Assembly: GCA_001179505.1 (NCBI GenBank)
Contig: CDMY01000309.1
Location: forward strand, 63,479 to 127,478
DNA length: 64,000 nt
Source: Vitrella brassicaformis CCMP3155
Taxonomy: Eukaryota; Protista; Chromerida
Direction of reading: 5' to 3'
Part shown: positions 56,531 through 64,000 of the stretch, piece by piece
Position numbering within the stretch: the stretch's first letter is position 1
Layout of the letters: each line of letters begins with the position of its first letter
Position numbers and translations under genes: made by a program
Notes under the pieces: model-generated
Seen by the model: only the letters and a program-made list of their open reading frames with translations
Databases searched by the model: none
What the model was told of the DNA's origin: nothing

Positions 56531-59500
56531 ATGTCGACGCCATCCACCATCACAGTTCGCCCTCCCGATGTCCGAGGGACTGCTCAACAGTTCAGTGCCG
56601 TCCAAGGATCATTCGAGCCGCCAGGTCAGCTCTTTATCATGCTTTCCGGAAGTGGATCTTGTTTGCCTCATTGCTCGTTGTTTGCTTCGACCAGATGTGC
56701 CTGCATCTACCTCAGGTGGGGCGCACGATTCATGTGAGGCCACATCGGACTCAGCCTCTTTCTCTCACTCTCTCCCCCTCAGGTGCACACACACCCGTCA
56801 CTCCCAACTTCTTCGAGCAGCCCGACGCAGAGGTCATTTCGAGAGCCATCGCCACGAGGTCACTACCGGTACTCAACCACGAGCAGCTGCATGACTCTCC
56901 CTTTGTTCGCAGGGTATCCTTCAACCGTCATGGGTTCGTCCATCAGAATGCCGGCAGCGTTTTTCATTACTATGATATCGACAAGGATGCGAAGCTGGGG
57001 TGATGGAACATACAGTTCACAGCATGAGACATGGCCATCCTTCTTTTTGTGTGTGGCAGATCGGGATCGTTTGGTGAGGTCTACATTGCTCGGTCTCGCT
57101 TCTCTGATGACCGGATAGCGATGAAGAAGATACCGCGGTCGATTGTCACCAATTTGGACAGATTCAACAAGGAAATGAGGATACTCAAAGTGAGCACGAG
57201 ATCCATCGCGCTGCCGTGAGGAAGGACCTGTCTGCGCCATGTCTCTGCTTCTTTCCAGGAGCTGGATCATCCCCACATCATTCGTCTGTTTGAGATCTTT
57301 TATGATGCGAGACACGTACGTAAGAATGATGTATGTCTCTGCATGTCTTTGTGTTTGGTCTCATTCGCACTCTGGTCTCTCCCACCGGCTGATTCGTCGC
57401 TTCTTTGCAGTATTATCTGTGTCAGGAGCTGTGTGAGGGCGGAGAGCTCCACTCATGGCTGCACAAAAGTAAGACAAAAAAGCCGAGTCCCATTCAGTCG
57501 ACACCTAATTCATCGATGGTGCAGGTGGCGGGTGTGTGAGTGAGGCCCAGTGGGGCCGGTTGCTGCCTCAATTCCTCTCAGCGATCACATACATGCACAC
57601 AAAAGGTCAGCACCATTCATCAAAGGCACATGGCCTGACGCCACTCCGCAACAGGGATTTGTCATCGGGATCTCAAGTTCGACAATGTGCTGTTCGTGGC
57701 ACCTGAACAAGACAATTTCATCATCAAAGTCAGTATTGGTCGCATAGAGATCACGAGACGCGTAGGAGAATAATCCCCTGTCTTCTTCAGCTGGTGGATT
57801 TCGGTTTTGCCAGTGAGTCTGTCGACCGGGATGAGGGAAGGAAACTGTCAGCCAAGAGCCGAGACCCGAGCATGCTCCAACTGGTACGCACACATGTAGC
57901 TCTCCCAAGCCCACTCGCTTTTCCGTTCGCTCGCTTGTCTTCGTTGTTGGGCATGCTAGATCACTCCGCTTACAAGCGGACCTGTGAGTCGCTATGCTGC
58001 CAAGCCCGATACACTGCCTCTACCCCTCAACTTCTACGCAAAGACGTCGGCGCAGCAGCATCAAGACGACACAACAGGCAATCTGAAGAGACTCATGCAA
58101 AGGTAAAGCGAGAGCGCCGCACAATCGATCGGCACTCGTTTGTGTGGGTCTGTCCAGTCGTGGTCGCGCCGTGACATTCGGCGAGGGGATTGAGTCGGAG
58201 CAGGATGAGGCGGACGCTAAGGAACAGGAGCAGGGTGGGCGGACTATAATGAACACAAGAGCAGAGTCATGGCTAGACAAAATGATGCACTGGCACTTAT
58301 ACAGAGGAGTACTTCGGTCGCTCCCAGCGCTTCCGTGCGTCGTTGCGCAGCCAGGCGCCCATCACGGGTGGAACATACACGGACATCGAACATCCGGCTC
58401 ACAGCTGCGCCGCCCCCGAGTACCAATTCACGATACAATTCACCGATCGCTGCGACATGTGGAGCCTCGTGAGCCGGCCAAGAAGCAAATGACTACAAGC
58501 GGAATGTAGGGGTGTGTGTTTGCAGGGAGTAATGACGTATGTCGCTCTCAGCGGTCACTATCCATGGGGAAAGGACTTTGATCAGTCGGAGGTCTCCAGG
58601 TAAATGAGTGAATGAGTGAGTGTGTGTGCGTGTCTGCTCATTGTCTCTGCTTTCAGTACGAAGATTCATTGGGATGACTTCCAGCTGACATTCGATGACG
58701 ACAAGTGGAGCAAGGTGTCCAAGGAGGCCAAAGACTTCATTCGAGTACATAGAAAGGCACAACACGACAAGAATTGCGCTTTGCTGGTTGCGGGTACGGT
58801 ACCCAATTGCCTCAGCGCCTCGTGCAAGTGGATCCCTCACAGCGTCTGTCTGCCCGCGACGCCCTGGACCACCCATACGTGAAGAAATACAAACCAAAAC
58901 ATGACATCAATGCGTATGTGATGCAGCCAACAAGAAATTGCTACTACTGTATGCCTGTCTCTTCAGCTTGACCGATGAGATCGTTGCCAGCATCCTGGAA
59001 TGGCCCTTTCACTCGCAGCTCAAGAAGGCGGCACTCACCGCCGCAGCCTGCTTCTTAAAGGAGCAAAAGCTGGAGGTGCCAGGAACAGCTTGGCGCCTGT
59101 CTGTCTCACAGCAGTGCCTTTCCTCTGCACCTGTTTATCTCTTGAGTGCAGAAACTCCGTTTGGCATTTCAATCAATCGATCTGGACAACGATGGCTTCA
59201 TCGAGTTCAAGGAGTTCGAAAAAGTCAGGCAATAAATCACCAAAACGAAAGCGTCACGTCGATCCATGCCAGCTCGCTTTCAGGTTTTCCGCAAGCGTCT
59301 CGACGCCCTGCTGGCTCTTCCTTCTCGCAAAGGCACCCTCGGAAACCACCTGGAGATATTCGCCGAGGACGTGCAGCAGAACAGCGAGGAGATGAAGGTG
59401 AGGCCACACAAACGCCTTCTTACTCGTGTATCAGTTCTGATTCCCAATCAGGTGATTTTCCACAGCATTGACACGAATGTGGCGTCGCACATCGAGTTTA

Positions 59501-62500
59501 AGGTCATCATGACCGAGACACAGTGCAATGTTTTCTCGTTAGCGTGCTGCTGCTGTCTTCCAGGAGTTTTCGGCCGCTGCAATGGGCAGCGACCTGGCCA
59601 CCAATGTCGAGCTGTGCAAGGCTGCTTTCAGGTGCTTCGACCAGGTAAGGAAGAAGGCGGCGGTGGCGACACGGAAAAGGCGTGTGTCTTTTGTCTCTGA
59701 CAAGGATGGCGACGGTGTGGTCAGCCTCGAAGAGCTGAAAGAAGTCACAGAGGGACCAAGACGGTACAACTCCCTTCACCCACGAAACCCGCTCACATTC
59801 GTCTTGTGTCTCATCTAATTCCAGCCGCATTCGCATCAACGCATCCTCCTCACCGTCCAGCCCGCACCACGAGCCGAGCTCACCAGCAGCAAAAAATGTC
59901 ATGTCACCCCTCAGCAGAACTAGAAGCTTCATGTCTGCCCCGGGGTCGCCTGAGGCGGAACAACAGCTCCCCTCGTTCCCACCAATGCATCGCGAAAAGC
60001 TTAATTTCATGCCTGCGGGACTGCGGTCGATCCAGAGACACATTGGACCGACCCTGCACGCGGAGACACTCGTCAAAATCGTGAGACCCGGGCAGGCATA
60101 GGTGGATTGCTGGTTGGTATTTTGTGTGGCTGTGCGTGTGCACGCGTACGTGAATGCAGGCTTTGGGAGATGATGATGACGAGCTTGAGTATGAGGATTT
60201 TGTCAATCTGATATCGGAGAAGGTCATGCTGCGGTGTTACTATGAGGTGGGGCACGGACGGGCCTCGTACCTCTTTGCACACGAAGGTAAGCAAACAAAT
60301 CGCACGAGCCGGCTGCATAGCCTCTATTACACTGTCAGGCAACGCTTATGTTTTAGACCCCGAATGGAACATCTGGCAATACGTCAGAGACCTTCAGGTC
60401 AGGCACACTAAGCGAGATGGGGCAATGAGCCTTCCACAGGAGATAAGCCTTATACGATCTCACTGGTTCTCTTCTCACGTTAGCATTTCAACCTGTCCCT
60501 GAAGGGCATTCTGCTGACACACATGCCCCTCGACAGTCTATCAGGTGCGTGAGTGATTCGGCAGCAACCCTTCCTGTGTGAATGACTATCCTCGTCCCTC
60601 TATTCAGGGCACTACGAGTTGAGCCACGTGACGGGCTGTCCAGTGTATTTCAGCAGAGAGGAGGAACTCCTCCAGGGAACGGCGCCACCAAAAAGGGAGA
60701 CTTGTGTCTCAAACAATGCCATATACAAGTGAGCAGCAGACGATACACGACAGGTCTCTGTTCAATGCAGGTGTCCCCTTCTTTCAGGATATCTAGTCGG
60801 TTTGTGTGGCGGGTTCTCGAGACGCCCGGCCACACACCGGGGGCACTCACGTGGCTGCTTTGCAGGAACAAGGGGAAGGAGGTAAGCAGAGGGGAGGAGG
60901 CATCACTTCTGTCATTCGTGTGCCTGTGCATGATAGGCCGGCACTCCATTAATCGGCTTCACGGGAGCCACTCTACTCAACGGAGCCGTCGGTCGCACTG
61001 ACGTCGGCGAATCGCTCCTCAACAAGTGGGCTTGAGACACACAGGGAGAAGCGCGGTAATGAACACTGTGCTTCTGCTCTCAGGCCTTCCAGCAAGAAGG
61101 GGAAGCGTAGCCTGGTTGAGAGCCTGTTTGAGTCCCTGCAGCAGCTCGATACTCTCTTGCCCGCGTCAATCGATATTTACCCCGCCTATGGCCCAGGCAG
61201 CCCCGTCGCCATACCCGAAAGCTTCTGCCTTGATCTCAGGACAACGGTGTGTGAGCACACGCACATACAGGTCCCGCGACCAAGCAGCCTCTCGCCTCGC
61301 GTGCTCCTTGTGTGTGCTTAGCTGGCAGAGCAGCGTCAGCAGAATGAGTTCTTCAGGGCAAAGAACAAGGAAGCCTTCACTGAGCTGATGGACAGGCTGC
61401 TAAAGCAGGAGATATCTGTCGGGCGTACACGACTCTGCTGGGATGAGGTGAACGCACAACAGACCACAGGAGAGGAACGGAGAGACACCTGTGGGCGGTG
61501 GCTGCTTTTCTCAGGTGGTTCGCGAGAACAGCATCAAGTGGGATGAGCGCAAGAAGATCCTCCCAGCGCCACCAGCCTCAATCGAGGAGTACCACCCAGC
61601 AGTTCTCACACAGCGTTTTGGCGGCGCCTTGCCCTTCAAGGCTTTTCTCCAAAGGCTGATCAGCCTTGAAAGCAAACATGGCCGGGACTCCCTGATCATC
61701 ATCGACGGCAGAGACTGCGACAAATTCGCACAGTAAGGGTTGCTTGTACGTCATCGCGTCGTTTTTTCCACAACAAGTGCCTGTATGTCGATGCCTTACT
61801 GGTTTCAGGTGCCATCTGCAAGGTTCTTTGAATGTCCCTGTGCACACCTCAAGTCCGGTCGAGGACTTTTGGGGCATCTGGATCGTCTCCATGATCAAGA
61901 CCCTCAACGCGCCGCCGCCCACACGGGACAGCAGCTCCCAGAAGGCACCCAAATCGGGCACGTCGTCTGCTCGCGGCAGTTCGACGCCATCTCCATCGCT
62001 GAGCAAGACGCCTTTTCCGTCTGTGAGCAACACGTCACTACCAAGTGATGGGGCGGGGGCCACGCGAGACAAGGAAAAGCTGTTGGTGGTCGCGCCGTCA
62101 GAGCAACTAGAGGAAATGCTCATGTGAGAAGACGATGGACAGGGTAGCATCACACCAATGGTGCGAACTCCTTCATGTCCGGCCTTTTGCAGGCGCCTGG
62201 CTCAGATGGGATTGGGGGATAGGATAGTCGCTGCCACGGGATGCGACCTGGAGATCGCCGCGGACAATAAAATGTACCCGCGAAGGTAGCCAAGACGCAG
62301 AGGCAAAGCTGTCGATTCACGATTCTCACTGCCCTTTGTTTAGTTCGTACGACTTGTTGGAGATTCCAACTGAGTCGACATTTTTCCCGTCAGGCAGCGA
62401 AGACGGGGACGATCAGGCGGACGGAGGAGGTATGGCACTACGACTTGGGTTGTGGTGGAAGCCTTGTCCACAGGAGTGGCGTGTCTGTGTGGCAGAGGCG

Positions 62501-62979
62501 CCATGGCTGTACCAGAAGGACATGCGTATTCTCGACGTCCGGACCCCACCCGAGTTCTTCCATCCAACCATCGGAAGAGTCAAGGGCAAGCCGGCGGATC
62601 GAATTGACTGACTGCTATCTGCTGGGAGCCTGTTTTGCTGTCTGGTTGCAGGTTCTGAGCTGATACCTCTCGATCAGCTCCCCTCTGTCGTCCACGGTCT
62701 TGACGCAGCTTTCAGGTGCTGTTGGTTCTCTGTGAGTATATGGTGTCTCCTCCCTGTTTGTCGATACAGGTATCTGCTTCTCTGCAAGTGCGGCTTCCGT
62801 TCTTCAATTGCTGCGTCTCTCCTACTGAGAAAGGGACTGAGGCCGATTCGCTTGCAGGGAGGGTAAGTAATCCAGCAACCCATCCCATGAGTGCCTGTTG
62901 TCACAAGCTCGTCCATTGCTGCAGACACGATCAGCTGCGCCGGCTGCGGCCTGACCTTTGCGTGTATGGGGCGCCATAG
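56531..62979 (+). CDS. Calcium-dependent protein kinase fused to a CstB-like metallo-beta-lactamase (degenerate)-pseudo-rhodanese-rhodanese module
   Basis: Kinase motifs LGSGSFGEV, AMKKI, HRDLKFDN, DFG, APE, DMWSLG; EF-hands DLDNDGFIEFKE and DQDGDGVVSLEE; exon 60160-60286 reads ...ELEYEDFVNLISEKVMLRCYYEVGHGRASYLFAHEG without a stop; then VLDP, THMPLDSLSGHYEL, TPGHTPG, FTGATLLNGAVGRTD, IYPAYGPGS, IIIDGR..HLQGSLNVP, ILDVRTPPEF, LCKCGFRSSIAASLL; stop at 62977-62979. Confidence 0.8.
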
Positions 62980-63376
62980 AGAGGGAGAAGGGAAGGGGCA
63001 CGTGGCCAAGGAGAGGGATTCTGTATGCGACAGCAGTTACTGTCCCCCCTTGTCTTTTTGTTCCTGGATGGCAGCACGTGCTGCCCTTTGCGTTTTTGTT
63101 GCGCTGTTGCTTTCCTTGGACTCCCTGGACTGCGTGTCATGCGCATACGTACATTTGCTGTTTTGTGCTGGACTGCTGATGCAATTTGCCGCGCAGCAAC
63201 TGTTGCGCTGGGCGGGGAATGGCTGGGCGAGGCATTCAGGAGCCTCTCCGCCTGGGGACGAGAATTGTTCATGGAGACATGCGACAGTGACGTGCGTCTG
63301 TGTTGGGCAATATCATTCCTCATGCATTTCTCAAAGGAAGAGAGAGAGTATACACAAGTGAAGGACCCATGGCAAT

Positions 63377-63649
63377 CCATTCATCTTGTCTCATCCCTTT
63401 CATTGTGTGTCCGCGTCTCTCCTTCGGAGAATCTGTACAGCGCTGTACTCTGTCGTGTCACCCAGCTGTCTCGTAGCGTCTGTCCGCTGGAGGCATATCC
63501 AGTCGCAGCCCCACGGCCAACGAGACCCATACGTCATGGCAGTCCATTCATTTTGTCTCACCCTTTCATTGTGTGTCAGCCTGTACTCTGTCGTGTCACC
63601 CAGCTGTCTCGTAGCGTCTGTCCGCCGGAGGCATATCCAGTCGAAGCCC
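63377..63649. repeat. Imperfect direct repeat (63377-63511 and 63544-63649)
   Basis: Both copies carry CTGTACTCTGTCGTGTCACCCAGCTGTCTCGTAGCGTCTGTCCGC.GGAGGCATATCCAGTCG.AGCCC; copy 1 has an extra ~28 nt internally. Confidence 0.85.
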
Positions 63650-64000
63650 GTCCCAAGCCTCTCACGCAACCGCTTGGTCACACTGCATGCGACAGCGTGA
63701 ATGAATCACACAATGGATTCGGGCTTGTGTCTTACTACACACCGTGATGTGGTAGCATTCTGTAGCGGTTTCACAGGTTTCAGCAGCGGCGCGACTGGCT
63801 GCCTCCGTATCGGTGGTTAGGGGGTAGCTCAGATCATTTCCGACAAAAGTAAAAAATAACCGCGCAGATGGTGTGATTCAATCGGGTGTAGTAACCGGGG
63901 GTCCACTCGCAAACGTCGAGAATCTCGACATGCAGGCCCCATTTCGCATGTGACCCCCATATAATGAAATTGCAGAGAAGCAGCCCACCCAGATTATGTG

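Noticed and set aside
60154-60411. Treating the CDPK and the MBL-rhodanese module as two adjacent genes
   Set aside because: There is no stop, intergenic space or intron between the EF-hand and the first MBL strand; both lie in the same exon and frame. An internal Met (VMLRC) leaves a second transcript possible, so transcript data are still needed.
63025-63747. 240-aa ORF after the CDPK fusion
   Set aside because: No recognisable domain, Cys-rich intron-like composition, and part of its length comes from the direct repeat; not called as a CDS.

Overview
Intron-rich eukaryotic genomic DNA: GC-rich exons, short introns (GT-AG, plus one inferred GC-AG) full of CA/GT, GTCT, GAGT and ATGG microsatellites, and three 300-N gaps. 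The gene content and style point to a chromerid/apicomplexan-related alveolate such as Vitrella (inference). Recognisable genes: a TBC Rab-GAP, a QRT3-like pectin-lyase-fold protein, a TrmB-like SAM methyltransferase, a SelS/SelK-like selenoprotein with in-frame UGA and a 3' SECIS hairpin, an SLC34 Na/Pi transporter, an ARM-TM-RING protein, a coiled-coil protein, a CDF/ZnT zinc transporter, RtcB, a YbhB-like PEBP, organellar IF3 and a long two-domain PFK. There are also three copies of an expanded lineage-specific family (each with a frameshift or early stop) and a 5'-truncated CRE-like non-LTR retrotransposon. The most unusual element is the ~56.5-63.0 kb gene. There a calcium-dependent protein kinase (kinase + EF-hands) runs, with no stop and inside a single exon, into a bacterial CstB-like module. 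That module has a metallo-beta-lactamase/persulfide-dioxygenase fold that has lost most metal ligands, a pseudo-rhodanese, and a C-terminal rhodanese with an intact CxxGxR cysteine loop. All gene models were spliced by eye and need transcript confirmation. No rRNA, tRNA or CRISPR was seen.
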